Both the position numbers and the translations under genes were made by a program. A model generated the notes under the pieces. That model was not told where the DNA came from. It made no database searches and worked only from the letters and a program-made list of their open reading frames with translations. Of a stretch of 64,000 nucleotides of DNA, positions 1 through 13,316 are shown piece after piece. This DNA comes from Sphaerodactylus townsendi (lineage: Eukaryota): positions 64,542,001-64,606,000 of the forward strand of contig NC_059430.1 of assembly GCF_021028975.2 (NCBI RefSeq), given 5' to 3'. Position 1 is the stretch's first letter. Each line of letters begins with the position of its first letter.

Positions 1-140
1 GTTACATTACACGAACACAGAAACTGGTCTTGGGAACAAAAGTCTCATCTATTCTTCCTTGCAGAGATGTGTTTTTTTAATATTTTATTTTATTTGTTTG
101 TTTAGAATATTTGTATACTCCACCAGACATACAGAATAAC

Positions 141-604
141 TGTAGTCTTGCCCACGAGGCCCCAATGAAGAGACGACACGCGGAGATTCCATCTGGTGGA
201 GAGAGCCAGTAGCAGGAAGCGCAGGATCCCGTGATCCTGGCAACTCTGCCTTGTGCTAGGCTCGGGCTCCTTTTATTAGGGTTTACAAGAGGGGGGGCAA
301 CGTGGGCAGACCGGGAGGCAGGAGGGCGGGAGAGCGGGAGATCATCATGTGACGCATGATCTCATAGGGCTGCTATGTGCAGGAGGAAGCATCCACGTCT
401 GGGTCTAATCCACACCTGGAAGGCAAGAGCCCCTTTGTCCCTTTGTCTGGGACATCTGGTGACAGTGAGTCAGGCATCTCATGACCTGTGACTCACGGGG
501 GACTGGGGGGTGGGGGAGCTTGTGCGCCCAGAAGGCCGTAGCAGGCACCGGCATGCCAGGCGCTCTTTCTACGGTTCTGCTGGGTTCGCGGGCTCACCCC
601 TACA
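141..604 (-). mobile_element. Solo LTR, same family as the provirus at 15882-21673 (different subfamily)
   Basis: Termini TGTAG...CTACA. Flanking direct repeat ATAAC (136-140 / 605-609). Colinear blocks shared with the proviral LTRs (catctggtggagag, ccttttattagggttt, gagatcatcatgtga.gcatgatctc, tgactca, ccagaaggccgtag). Confidence 0.9.
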
Positions 605-2485
605 ATAACCATGCCCAAACTGATTCCCGTGTGTGTGGATTGACTGCCAGGAAAATCTGGAGCAAATTGAGCATGCGGAAAAATCCTGTTCTTTCAAATA
701 AACATTGCTTTTTTCTCATTAAGATTTTTATTGTTTTTTATGTAAATGATCTTTTAACGAAGGACCAATCACCAAGAATTATGCACCCGTGCACCTATAG
801 TGATCTAGCAGTTACAGTATCAGAGTACTACCTGGGGAGATCTGTGTTCAAATGTTCTTTCAGCTATGAGGCAAACTGACTGATGTGAAACCTAATGCAC
901 CTCACAAGATTCTGTGACGATAAAATGCTACCTTGAATTTCTAGAGTAAAAGTCAGGATAAAAATGAGATCATCCAGTTGTCTATGAAAACAGACACATA
1001 TAAGCACAGGGTGAATAAACATAGAAACTAGTATAAATGCATAGTCAGGAACCTTCATGTCTCGGGTTGGGGGGGAGGGATCCCATCCAACACACTCCAC
1101 ATCCTTTGGGCCAGTCACTTCCCAGGCAGCCTGCCTGTCTAAAGTGCTCGGTCTCTGCTTGCCTGGCAAATGTTGTTCAGCTTCTGCTGCTGTAAAAAGT
1201 GTAGAGGGCAGCAGAAGCAGCTCCCCCCCCCCCTCACCAGCCCCTTGTAGTACCATCACATCTGCCTGTCTGGTCATGTGGAAGAGGAGGGAGGATATAG
1301 CAACTCCCATTCCTCCTCACCCACACACCCACAGTACCAGTGGTGGGGCGGCAGTGGCTCCTACTCCTCTCCACCTGCTTGATCCACACACTTGCAGAGA
1401 CACTGGTAGGGGTTCTTCTTCCTCTCTCAGCCACCTGCCCACCCACCCAGCTGACCGGTACCACAGCAGCAGCTCCTGCTGGTGATGGTAGTAGTTTCAG
1501 AAACTCACTCCTCCCCCTCTGCCTACTAAGTCACCCACCCAGTTTTGGCAGCAGCAGCTCCAATTCCTACCTCTGCCTATTTCTCATCCATAGGGATATG
1601 TCATTGCATTGTCTGTTGGGAGACATTTAAACCACTTTTAAACTTTAAACTTCCTTTTAACTTCCTTTTAAAAACTTTTCTCATTTTACTGCAAACTTGG
1701 GGTGGGGGTCCTCCCGGGTCTGCAGAAGAATACTTCCTATCTGAACCTGTCCACTTTCTCTGGGTCTATTGATCTGTATCGGAGCCAGGTTCAGTGTTAG
1801 ATATAAGATAATGTAAAGTGTATGAGCTCACAGCACACCCAATGGAGGCCTATCTGCAAAGCAGAAATGCTTTTTACAGTGATGCATGTTGTGAAATATG
1901 TACAATGCAATTTCATCATATGATAGCCAGGTCACTGAATTTTATCACTTCCTTTCCACAGTACAAGTTCAGGATGTCTCCTAAATGACTTGCATTAAAA
2001 AGGGGGTAAAAATAAGTTCAGACTGCTGCCCTACATCACAAAGGAGAAGCAAATGACAAAACTCAGGGTTTTTCCCTGCCTTGTCTTATTCTATGTTACT
2101 AGCAATTTTATGCAATCGAATGCATAAAATATCTTCTTGGTTTGCTAAGTTTGGGTATCTTCAAACATATCCTTCTACGGTGCTCTAATGAAACAGCCCC
2201 ATAAAATCCAGCTGAAACTATAACTGGACATTAAAGTAATACTTAGAGTAAATGTACCTACCACTGCCCTGAAGGAACATCTATAAGTATTGCCTGTAAT
2301 GGAACTTAGTATGCATTTGTTTCTTGAAGAAACTGTTTTTATTTGATTCTCCCTCTATCTGTCAAGATTTCCAACAAGCCCAAGTCTTGGATGATGGTTG
2401 GATGTGCTATATTCACCATGCCAAAGTTGACACTGTCTCCTAAGCCTGCTGCCCCTCCCCCACTAGCCACGTAGACATTTGCACC

Positions 2486-3042
2486 TGTCAGGATTTGTAA
2501 AATGGCTGACAAACAAGATGGCTGAGATATGTTCAGCTTCCTAGATTAGCAGAAAGCATCATAAAGTTATAAGTCATGAAAAGTTCAAGTGACAGTTAGG
2601 CTTCAGTAAAAAGTAAAAAGCGTAGACCTTTGAAGGGATTGGTGGAAAGTTATGGACCAATCGGGGGCTTGTTGCTGAGGCAGGATAATGTATCCATTGT
2701 ATGAGTCTGAGCCCAAACTGAAGTTGGGAACCTTTATATGTAACCTCCTACTCTGCATATTTCTTCTTCTGTAATGAGCTATCTGAAAAGTAAGCTGTGT
2801 GCTTAAAGAAAACTGTGTGCTGTATATAGATTAGAAGTGTTCTGTATAGTTAGATTAGTTTATATTGGTAGCCTTGTAAATTCTTGTAACTTATTAAGTA
2901 AAGGCCTTCCTATGGAAAGAAGAACATGTCTGAAGAGTGTTTATTTCCATAAGTGAAAAAGGTTCCTGTTGTGTGCAAGAAGACTACACCACTCTCTCCT
3001 TGCCACAAGTTCTACCGTTGCATTAAAATAACTCTGCCAACA
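2486..3042. mobile_element. Solo LTR of an unrelated LTR family
   Basis: TG...CA termini (tgtcagga ... tgccaaca) flanked by the 5-bp direct repeat GCACC (2481-2485 / 3043-3047). Internal AGTAAA and TA-rich segment typical of LTRs. Confidence 0.65.
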
Positions 3043-4154
3043 GCACCTACATTTTTGGCAGTGTGCATAGTAATACCACCTCACCAAAGCCACCTCATGT
3101 TCTTTTTTATAAAAAAACTGGGTTTTGCATGTAAGAAAAAATCAGACATGGGAAGCAGCTTTAAGTCATCTGTAGTATCAAGTCTTGTAACATGTATAAG
3201 TAGAAGGAACTTTTCTCATGTAGCAATAGTCTCTCCTCCACTTTGCCTGTAGGATAAAGGTTATAATGTTACACTGAATTTGTCACTCCTTAACAATACA
3301 GATAGTGACTAAACCACACATCCAGTTCAATATCCTAACACACAGCATTTCCCTATCAGCCTCCAGTCCTAAACTGTGCGGACTGACCTCGTCACAAGAC
3401 CCACCCAATCTGCAGTTAATAAATGTATTGTTCTCCATTTTCTTTCAATTTGCATAGCACATGAATTCAGTGTCAATTTCTGTAGGGTATAATGGTGTCA
3501 CAATGCCAATTTTTGATTGCTTTGAGCAGTTTTGAGTATTTGTATTTGAATATTTCCTTCCTTAAATATAAAACATCCTTGAGATTTTGACATGTAAATA
3601 AGTATCTGTTGCCCTGTAATGTCACAGAGAGAAAACACTGTATAATATTAAAGGAAAGCTCTTCATTAACAACCGGACAGCTCTGTGACATTTCGGTAGT
3701 TCATTGGAATTATTAAAATGCCTAGTTAGATGTAGTCACTGCTGTAATGGACTCACTTCTGCCTCCTATGGGAGAGCAGAGACCCAGCGCAGACCTTTCT
3801 GCTGATCCTCTGTTTAGCTAGCAGGAAGGGCACAGGGGGAGCTATGTTTCTGGTATTTTACAGTCAGTTACAAGCATCATAAACACAGAGGTTAAACAGA
3901 TAGGCAGGTTATAATTTTACTGCTCCCTCCTTATGTCTACATTTTTGTTAGACTTGTTCAAACAGCAGTTCTGGAGAGGTACAACAGCACCTCTGTGCAA
4001 TCACTTGGGTCAACCAGCACAAGGCCAAATTACGTATCATTTTCACATGTTTCTGTCTTAATCAAAAGCAGTCATTAAGTCCAGATGTTTTCTTCTACTT
4101 TGAGACAGTTTTTGCATGCAAAGACACACATACACATCCCCAACACACACAATA

Positions 4155-4300
4155 ACACATGAAGTTGCTTTATATTGAATCAGACCATTAGGCATCAAGA
4201 TCAATATTGTCTAATCAGAATGGCAACAGGTCTCCAGGGTTTTGGATAGAAGTCTTTTGTATCATATCACCCACCATTTGACCCTTTTATCTGGAAATAG
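4155..4300 (-). mobile_element. SINE 3' fragment (same family as 34623-34822)
   Basis: Reverse complement matches the tail ...tggtctgattcagtataaggcagcttcatg of the copy at 34.8 kb. Confidence 0.55.
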
Positions 4301-5054
4301 GAGCTAAACAGCAATGGAATAAAAATTAAATAAAAAATACAGTCACCTGACAGTGAAATATTACTTCAGGATAAACCCAGAATTGATGTCACGCCTCTAG
4401 AAATTGGCAGTCTTAAAGAGGACTGATGTCACTTCTGAATTCACTGACCCCCCCAGCTCCCCCCAACTGCTTTTCATCCCAAACGATGAATTATCCCAAA
4501 TTGCATATATTGTTCCCTCCCGCACTAGGTGAAAAGTCAGCAAAAGGTGGTTTTAAATGAAAACATGTCTGAAAGAGAAAGGGTTAAATTGTTTTTCCTC
4601 TCCCCTCACCCCACACAATTTCACCAGTGCAACTTTCTTGAAGATAGTTTCACATAACAAAATCAGAAAGAAGTATGACTGTTTGTACTTTGGCCCTCTC
4701 TTAGTTTTGCTAGAGTAGCACCATGAAAGAAGTATAAAGAAAACTGCCATTTGAAAGCTAACTCCTTTGGTGGCTTGCAGACATCACTACAGAATTTCAG
4801 AATATGCTATCTGAGTGTGTCCTCAGTATAAGTTTATGATGGAGACATCATGCAGTACTCAGGAATTTGTGCTTAAATGTTCCAAAAAAACTGCAGTCAA
4901 TGCTTGCAATTTTTTTATACATTTTCTGTTGTATGTATGTGTATTACTAGTAAGTTATTAACATATGCTGGTGACTTAACTTTGTTACAGTTTCCAAATA
5001 TGCAAAGCGAAACTAGTTTGAGTTCACTTGAAGTTCATATATTTTATTCTGAGT

Positions 5055-5184
5055 ATGACACAGCATTTGAAGCATGACACAGCAATTGCAGATACCTTCA
5101 AGAAAAGTAGCATACACAAGAAATGTATATAAAGCATGACACAGCAATTGCAGATACCTCAAAGAAAAGTAGCATACACAAGAA
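5055..5184. repeat. ~62-bp tandem duplication
   Basis: gcatgacacagcaattgcagatacct..aagaaaagtagcatacacaagaa occurs twice in tandem, with a partial third unit. Confidence 0.85.
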
Positions 5185-8100
5185 GAAAGGTCACTTTGAG
5201 TGATCAACTTGTACAATTTTGCAGCTAAAATATGAAATTAACTCTTTTTAAAGAGTTCTGCCAAACTGGTAGCTCACCAGCTGAATCCCATCATGGCACC
5301 ACTCCAGGGCAGCCACAGATTGGGCCACCAGCCCAGAGGCATGCAGGCTGATCGGCAGCCACCCTGGGGTGGTGCCATGGCATGCAGCTTTCAGGGGAGG
5401 GCCAGGAGGCCTACTGGAGTGCCAGCAGGGCAGACCGGCATGGCCTGCCAGTGTGGCCGGCGCTGCTGGTGCTCCAGCAGGCCTCTTGGCCCTCTCCTGA
5501 AGGCCACACCGCAGCCGACCTTCCCTTGCCCCGAAGCTGCCACCTTCCCTCGCCTCCCCCACACTGCCCAACATCGGAAGGAGGCCAGGGCCACAGCAGC
5601 CAGGTAAGTGAGCACAGGGGGGCAACCAGTGGTTGATCTGGTTGGATCCCACCACTGCCTTTAAAGCTATTAATGTCAAGTAAGCCTTTATTGGCATAAG
5701 AAAAAGAAAGAAAAGGGTTACATATAAGTAGATAAAGCTGTTAATGGTTTTGACAGAAATTACTTGCAAGGATAAACCCATATATTCCTGCCAGTGCTCT
5801 GAGTCTGGTAGCTAATAGGCAGCAGGTAGAAATGGAGTTTTATGAGTGCTCTGTCCAGCTCCTGATAACAACTAAGCCACAGTGTTCTGCACTAATTGCA
5901 AATTCCAGTTTGATTTTGATGGAAGACCAACGTACAATGTACTTCAGTGGTTTAGTCACAGTGTTATCGTGGCATGGATCCAGGTGGCCAGATCAGCCAG
6001 AACAAGGTAAGGGGCCATCTTTCAGGCTAGGTTGAATTGGGAGAAAGCTTCTTTTGTAGCTGCATTAATTTGCCTCAGCAACAACGTCCACTAAAACCTT
6101 AGAGCTCTTAGCAGAGTCAGCAGGGGTCAGCTGACCACCTTAAAATGGGGAGCACAAAGTCCTTCAGGATTTCTGGCTTTCCAACCAGCATGGCCTCTGT
6201 CTTTTCAGGGTTTGTTTCCATTTGTTTGCTCTTTGCCAATTAATCACAGCAGTTAGGCACAGATTTATATAACTGCCGCATCATTATGAGACAAATAAAA
6301 TATATAGAACTGGGTATCATCCATAAAATGATGACAACCAAACCAAAGCTACAACTGATTTCTCTTAAATGCTTTTCATAAAGATCAAAAAGCATGGGAT
6401 TAGAACTGTACCCTGTACAACTCCACAGGTTAGGACCCACACTGATGACAACTGGTTTCCAATAGTAGCCCTTTGAATCTGATCCATGAAGAATTATTTG
6501 AACCAGTTCAGCGCACATTCCCTGGTATCTACTTCCACCATTAAGCACCTCAACTAGAGCAACATAGAAGCATGGCCTTTGTATGTACTCAATTGGAGGT
6601 AATTAATTAATGCTAACAAAGTTGTCTCCATCCCATAACCTGGCTTGAAGCCAGACTGAAAAGGGTCTAGAGCAGAGGAGTTATCCAAAATGGAGTTGAT
6701 CTGCTACTGCTCCCTCAATCACTTTGTCCAGAAAAGGCAGGTTAAAGACCAGGTGATGATTGGCCACATCATTTTTCTGTGGGGATGGATAACTTATTCT
6801 TTAAGTGGTCAAGGGAAAGTGCCCCAAGTTAGTGATTATTTATAACAATGCAGTGTTGAAGCATCTGATTTCTCCTTTTCTGATCTGGGAAGACCAAGAG
6901 TTCAGGGGAGAATGGAGTTAGGAGTGCACAGCCTGGCTAGTGACCTTTCAGTTGCCAGCCATCACAGGAGTGATCAAGAAGATGGGAACACCAAGAAAGA
7001 CCTAAAATACATTGGATTATGGATGAGAGCATTGCTTTGGTGGTGGACAGTCTGAAAGCATTTTGTTTAATTGTACCATATCATGCTGTATGAGCCACCT
7101 TGGGTGTCTTTCTGGATCAAATGGCAGGGCAGAAATCAAATAAATAACGAAATATGCTTGCTTCTACTGGCTTTTTAAAACAATTATCTGGATACCGAGT
7201 AACTCTCTTTAATCACAAGGAGAAAGGAAAAGCTGAGTCAGACTGTCACAAAGGTAATACAACATTATTTTCTTTTCCTTTGTAGAAGAGGCATTCTCTA
7301 AATAGTACAGGTGCTCAGGAAACATTCTATTCAGTGATGTAGGGGAAGTGCCTCCTGTGAAGGAAGTTCTTTTAAAGTAAAGTTACTCAGAGGAATTTGC
7401 GATTTTTATTGCAAGTACATTTTATTCTGAGGCCTGAACAGTAAATGAGGATTTCCCTGATGTCTTCTGGATAACAGAAATTCTAATTTAAGTAAATATG
7501 AACACCAACTGACTTTTTGTGATTCAAAACACCTCAATAAAAACAGAATCTATGGTTTGGCCCTTACAAGTAAATGTATCTGCAGAAATAACATTTACTT
7601 TACAGGTATGATTATCTTGGTTTGTTCAAGAACATCAAAGAAAGGACTCTATGGACTTTTGTGGTATTAGTCTTATGTAAATTTGATTGTGGGGTTGATA
7701 GATGGGATACAGCTCTTGAACTGTTCCAAACTTTTCTAGCCACTGGTCTAAATGACAAAGATATCATGAATACATTGTCATAAAATGAGTGATATATAGA
7801 CAGACTTTTTTAGAGACACTTGTTCAAGGCTGTAAATACACTGGCATAATAGAGAGCCCTTGTGGATGCCCATGGCTGTATTTTGATCTAATATTACATT
7901 CTACTTGCAGTATCTTATTTCAAATTGAGTAACAGTACTGATGAAGGGAGAAGCTGAAAGCTTTCATTAAATAATGTTAAACCTCCCTGTTTATCAGTCA
8001 TTTGCAAATTATTTCCAACCCAATTTCTCTCTCTCCCTTCCCCTTCCTCTGTAAAGACAGATAGACAGATTGCTTTTGTATTATTACTTACATATTAATT

Positions 8101-8304
8101 TTTCAGAACATTCCAGTATTATAATATATACTCCTGGCTTCTGTATACTACAGTCAGTTGGTATAAGCTCAGGAACTAATTGGTTTAGCCCCATACAGAG
8201 TCAGTCAATGGAGTCTAGCAAGCAGCAAAATATAGTCTGTTTACTGAGAAGCCGTATACAGTTCTGGACTCTTATGATTTTGTACCATCAACCTGGAATG
8301 GTTG

Positions 8305-8493
8305 AGGCTAGCTTCATCTCATCAGATCTGGGAAGTTAAATAGTTGATCCTGGTTAGTACTTGGATGGGACACCATCAGAGGGATCCAAGGTTGCTATTA
8401 GGAAGAGCAAACTACCACTATTTCTCCTTGCTCTGAAAATGCTATAGGGTCATCACAGATTAGCTATGACCTGACAACACTTTCTACCACCAT
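8305..8493 (+). mobile_element. 5S rRNA-derived SINE (5S-Sauria-RTE type)
   Basis: Head resembles 5S rRNA (atctcatcagatctgggaag...cctggttagtacttggatgggacacc), followed by a Sauria/RTE-like tail ending in (cca)n. Confidence 0.7.
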
Positions 8494-9513
8494 CACCTCG
8501 TGCAAGGGCTCTGTGAGGTTTGCTGTGGCTGTTGTGGGTTTTCCAGGCTATGTGGTCGTGGTCTGGTAGTTTTTGCTCCTAATGTTTCGCCCCCATCTAG
8601 TTTGTTCATTTAAACAAGAGAACAGCACTAGAAGACAAGAGGACAGTATTTGCACCAGAAATGCTGGAGTTTACTTACTAAAAAGTTGTATCAAGCAATT
8701 ACCAGTTACTTATCAGAATTCAAAGACATTACCATATACAAGTGTCTGTTCTGTTATATCTATGTGTTTAGGTATACAAATCTTGCTGTATTGTTCTGTA
8801 CATAAGATGGTTTTGACTTAAAGAAATTAACTTGCATTGTCTTGTTCATCAATCTTCAAACCTTGTATCTTTTCATCTTGTCTGATGTTATTCAATAATG
8901 TTTCCAGTGCCCAAATATAATTCAGATGTGCGCCATCTTACCTAGAAAATTCTACCCTGTACTCTCCCACAGCAAAAGCCCTATAAAGCTTGAGGACAGG
9001 GTATCCAAAGGATCATTGCCTCTCAGACCCGATTTTCAGAAGTAGATATAGGACCCATGTAGACAAAAATGGTAATATGCAGATCTGCTCTTTCACCAAA
9101 ATGACATACAAATTTTAATAAACAGATTCTGTTGTGAGATCTTGTAGATATTATGTCTTGTTCTAGCTGCTCACAGAACCAGTTTTTAACAATATTCTTC
9201 TTTCCAGTGGCTTTGTCTAGACTTGAGTACCTGATTTCTTTTTTACTTCTTGGTAATTTTGAAGATGCATCCTTTTATTAACAAGGTGAATCCTTTTATT
9301 AACAAAGACAAACCACTGTAGCCAAGATATTTTTATCTTCTTATGATGGCTTATGGCAACTCAATGACTACCTCAACCGGAAAAGCAATGAATTGCTTAA
9401 CAGTGTTATGCTGATTGAAAACAGATCTGTTAAAGGAATATTAGGTGGACTTGGGTTAGTAAGATACCTAAAGCTTACCAGCAGTTTGGAAATTTTATTT
9501 TGTGGGTACTTAC

Positions 9514-9905
9514 CAGCAGTGGTGTAGTTGTTAAGAGCAGGTGAACTCTAATCTGGAGGAATCGGGTTTGATTCCCATCTCTGCCACTTGAGTTGTGGAA
9601 GCTTACCTGGGGAATTCAGATTAGCCTGTACATTCCAATACACGCCAGCTGGGTGACCTTGTGCTAGTCACAGTTCTTCTGAGCTCTCTCAGCCCCACCT
9701 ACCTCACAGGGTGTTTGTTGTGAGGGGGGAAGGGAAAGGAGTTTGTAAGCCTTATACATTCTGTATTTTGATAGGATTTTATTCTGTTTGTTTTATGCCA
9801 AATAAAGGCTAAAGAAAAAAAATAAAGTTTGTAAGCCCCTTTGAGTCTCCGACATGAGAGAAAGGGGGGATATAAATCCAACTCTTCTTCTTCTTCTCCT
9901 TCTTT
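9514..9905 (+). mobile_element. tRNA-derived CORE-type SINE (squamate), interrupted by a 74-bp insert
   Basis: A-box-like gtggtgtagttgttaagagc, B-box-like gggtttgattccc, CORE-like cccacctacctcacagggtg, (ttc)n tail. Insert at 9752-9825 flanked by a 12-bp direct repeat. Confidence 0.8.
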
Positions 9906-10870
9906 TGCATTTACAAAACCCCTGGGTTTATATGCCCATTTACATATTCTTTGACATAGAAATATGTTGCACTGCTATTCTGAAATAATGGACCACAGGT
10001 GAGGACATTGCCAAAATGCATGTGGTCCTATATTTTACTCTGCCACAAAAAGTGTTCCACACATTTTAGTATATTTGTGGTACTGCTGCATCTGTTCATT
10101 AAAATTTGTTATCACTGCTTTCAGAGTAGATTTGCTTACAATCATTTTTCCTCAGCTTTTGTTGTTTATTTGCTTGCTTTCACTTTAAATTAGTTGCAGG
10201 TCAGTCCCTCTCCCCACCCTTTCTACCTACATCTCTTGTTCTGAAAACCCTCAGGGTCACAAGTCAGCTGTGACTTGACAGCACACACACATACACACAG
10301 GTCAGTTTACCATAGCCTTTTGCACCTTAAAAAGAAAAACATTTATTGTGACACATGCTTTTGTGGATTAGCTCATCCCATCAAGGCATGAAGTGTTTCT
10401 TTGGTAGGTAGTTGGCAGATATATTTGTAAACATAGATATAAAGAAAACTGAAATGCCAATATTGGTATGTGTGATGTTTCTATACAAAGTTCAAGTGCG
10501 AATCACATTGAAACACAATAACTGCCTAAAATAGCAGCTTTGGGAAATTTACTTAACCCCTGAAATGGGTGAGTAAACCTTGGTGTTTTTTTTTAAATTA
10601 AGGCTCTAATGAATATAATAAAATTCCTAATCAATTCCACTCCAATAATTCCAGATTTACGTTGTGCTTCAAATATTGATCTGGAAGCATTGCTCTTCAG
10701 GTGGCTGAGGGTCAGTGCAGATTAACAGATCAAGAACAACATCTACCAGTAATCTCAATACAGTTGTTCAGTCTGCATTTGTCAGATTTTTTAATTGCTT
10801 TCCCAGCATAGGGAGACAATGGTCAGTTTGTATTTCGAGATCACCTACACAGTCCCAGAGAGATGCATAA

Positions 10871-11388
10871 GGCCGTTTCCGCACGGCCAGGATGCATGCC
10901 GCGCCAAGAGTTCTGGGCGTGAAGGGGTTCCTGCGTGCATGAAGCGAGCGGCCCGAGGAAAACGACGAAGCTGACTCTGCCGAACGCCTCTTCCCCGTCC
11001 CGCCCATTCACTGTGTCACCTAAATTAGGTAAGCCTGCTGGAAACGTGCGCGGCCCCATGCGCTGCCCTCCGACCCTGGAGGTGGGAGGACGAGATGTGA
11101 GCGAACTCATAGCAGGCATTAACAGCTGAATTTGGCTACCGATGAGGCGGGGGGGCGAAGGCTTATCTTCCCGGCGTGGATTAGCGCAGCATCACGGAGA
11201 AGATGCTTCCTCCCAACAACAACCCCTTTAAAGGGTTGTTGTTTGAAACCTGGCAGCCGCCCTGGGGAAGGGAAGCACAGTCAATTAAGCCACTGCTGCG
11301 TTGCAGCAGCGCCTGTCGCATTTCAACGACCTAGGGGGCGGTGTTTTTACTGCCAGGCGTGGATTAATGGGCGTCTTGGGAAACGGCC
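10871..11388. mobile_element. GC-rich PIF/Harbinger-like MITE
   Basis: TIRs ggccgtttcc / ggaaacggcc, flanked by taa / tga (imperfect 3-bp TSD). Confidence 0.6.
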
Positions 11389-11442
11389 TGAGAGAAGTGG
11401 GAAGGGGGCGGCTTACAAGTTTAGTTCGCAACTGAGGCCCTA

Positions 11443-11540
11443 GCACAGGTGTCAAACTCGCAGCCCCCCAGATGTTAAGGACTACAGTTCCCATCATTCC
11501 CCGCCAGCATGATGCTGGCAGGGGATGATAGAATGGGAAT
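11443..11540. mobile_element. hAT-type MITE fragment
   Basis: caggtgtcaaactcgc.gcc..ccagatgtt..ggactacagttcccatca, related to the MITE at 38192-38293. Confidence 0.55.
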
Positions 11541-11559
11541 CCATAACTGTTTATCGGAG

Positions 11560-12460
11560 AACGCGGTTGTACCTATGCAAGGATGACATATGACAAGGAT
11601 GCGCTTTAAGCGCGTGAGTCCATCACCAGCTCATTAAGCCACATGGATCCGAAGCAACCCTCCTTCCCACACCAGCAGTCATCCTAAGCCAAGCTGCATA
11701 TTTTAAAATCCGCTGCAAGCAATGGGTGTAACTCTGAACAGGAGCTGGCACCGTGAAAAGGACGTCCGGTTGTTCACGCAGGGGGTAGCACCAGATGAGA
11801 ACGAGAAGGCAACGCCTGCAACAGTCTGAGAATTCATCTCCCGCAAGCCACAACTCGCCGGCCTGCTTCTCAGTAAAGATAGTATAATTAATTAATAGCA
11901 GCGTGCCGTGCACATTCTTTCTCCACCTTGAGCAGCGGCGGGCGCTTTGAAGCAACCCGCCCCGCCCTGTGCACTGAGCTGTGACTCAATTGCTCAGCGG
12001 GCGAGGGCATGCGCGCCTATCCTAGCAGCAGCCGGAGTGGAAAATTTTCAGAATCTGCGCACGCAGCCAGAGATGCGTACAGGCCTTCACCGTGGCTATC
12101 CCTTCCCCATCTGGAACATTCCGAGCGCAGGGGAGGTGTTGCGTCCGGATTGGCTCTTGCTCTCCATAATTAGTCACAATTAGAAGGGGGGAGACTGTGT
12201 CGAATTCACTGATCCTATATCAGCTTACTTGGAAAGAACCAAGTGGGACTAATTGCTGATTAATCGTACGTGGCTTTCGTTGTTCAGGGGCTATTCAGGT
12301 GTTCTTTTACGAGTATGTATGTCTGGGATCGCCTGAGAAATGGGGGTGGACGGCTGCTCCGCGAAGGCGAACAAGAGCTAATTTGAATCATAGCGGGAGG
12401 GGCGGGAGACGCGCAGCACGACCTGCATCCCAACCTCTTTGTAGTGAACCTGCCTTCAAC
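11560..12460. promoter_or_regulatory. CpG-rich promoter/enhancer-like island upstream of SLC38A2
   Basis: CpG-rich and not explained by a recognisable TE. GC box 11957-11967, AP-1 TGACTCA 11982-11988, NRF1-like GCATGCGC 12007-12014 and TGCGCACGCA 12056-12065, inverted CCAAT 12149-12153. Confidence 0.55.
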
Positions 12461-13316
12461 CTGTCTTTGCTCCCAAAGTGTGGCTGTTTCTGCCATTGTT
12501 TGCAAAGCCCATTAGCAAAGAGATAACAGAGTATCTGCCCCATCTGAACAGCTGTAGAAGGCACCTCTAAGCAAAATAACTTAAGGAGCAGAAGACAAGG
12601 GTGACAGAAGGGATTTGCTGCTGCAGCCTATAGTAGTTCCACAGAATTAAGTCTCACTGTGGTCAACAGAGTTGAGATCTTGGACAGTGTACAAAACGGA
12701 TTTCCAACCTCCAGGTGTGGCTTGTAGTTCTCTCAGAATTACACTCAAATCTTCAGATGACCACTCAGTTCACCTGTACAAATAACTGCTTTGGAGGGTG
12801 AAGTGTATGGCAATATGCCTCCTTGTTCTACCCAAAAGTAAAGCTCTCCCAGCTCCATTTTCAAGTCTCCCAAGAATTTTTCAAGCTCCTTGGCAACCCT
12901 CCTAAATTACAGTCACAATCACAGTGCTGCAGTGAACACATCTGAGAGACTAGGTTGCAAGAAGGCAGGTGCATGGCATTATATAGGTTGAAAAGAGGAG
13001 ATGTAACAAAGAGGAGAATGCAAAAGAACAAAATTAGAGATTGGTTTTTGAAAAGAGAAAAAATGGGATTGACAGGATCTCATTGATGAAGTGCAGATGC
13101 TTGTGACATATTTGGTTATTTGGTTTTGGACAAGTCAAAACCTTGAAATAATGGGGAAAGCAAGATGTGCTTTATTGGTGCATATTAAGTTTAATTGTAA
13201 TGTTTAATTGTAAATGGGTTAAAATGCAATAAATGTTTTCCAGCATTAGTGTCATGTTACATTTCTCTAGAATTTAAAAAGTATACAAATGACTTTTGGA
13301 ATTATTTGGTTTAGAC

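Noticed and set aside
481-1772. ORFs of 75-148 aa near the window start
   Set aside because: They overlap the solo LTR and low-complexity sequence, with no homology or exon structure evident.
8305-8380. 5S rRNA gene
   Set aside because: It is diverged, partial and fused to a SINE tail, so it is a SINE head.
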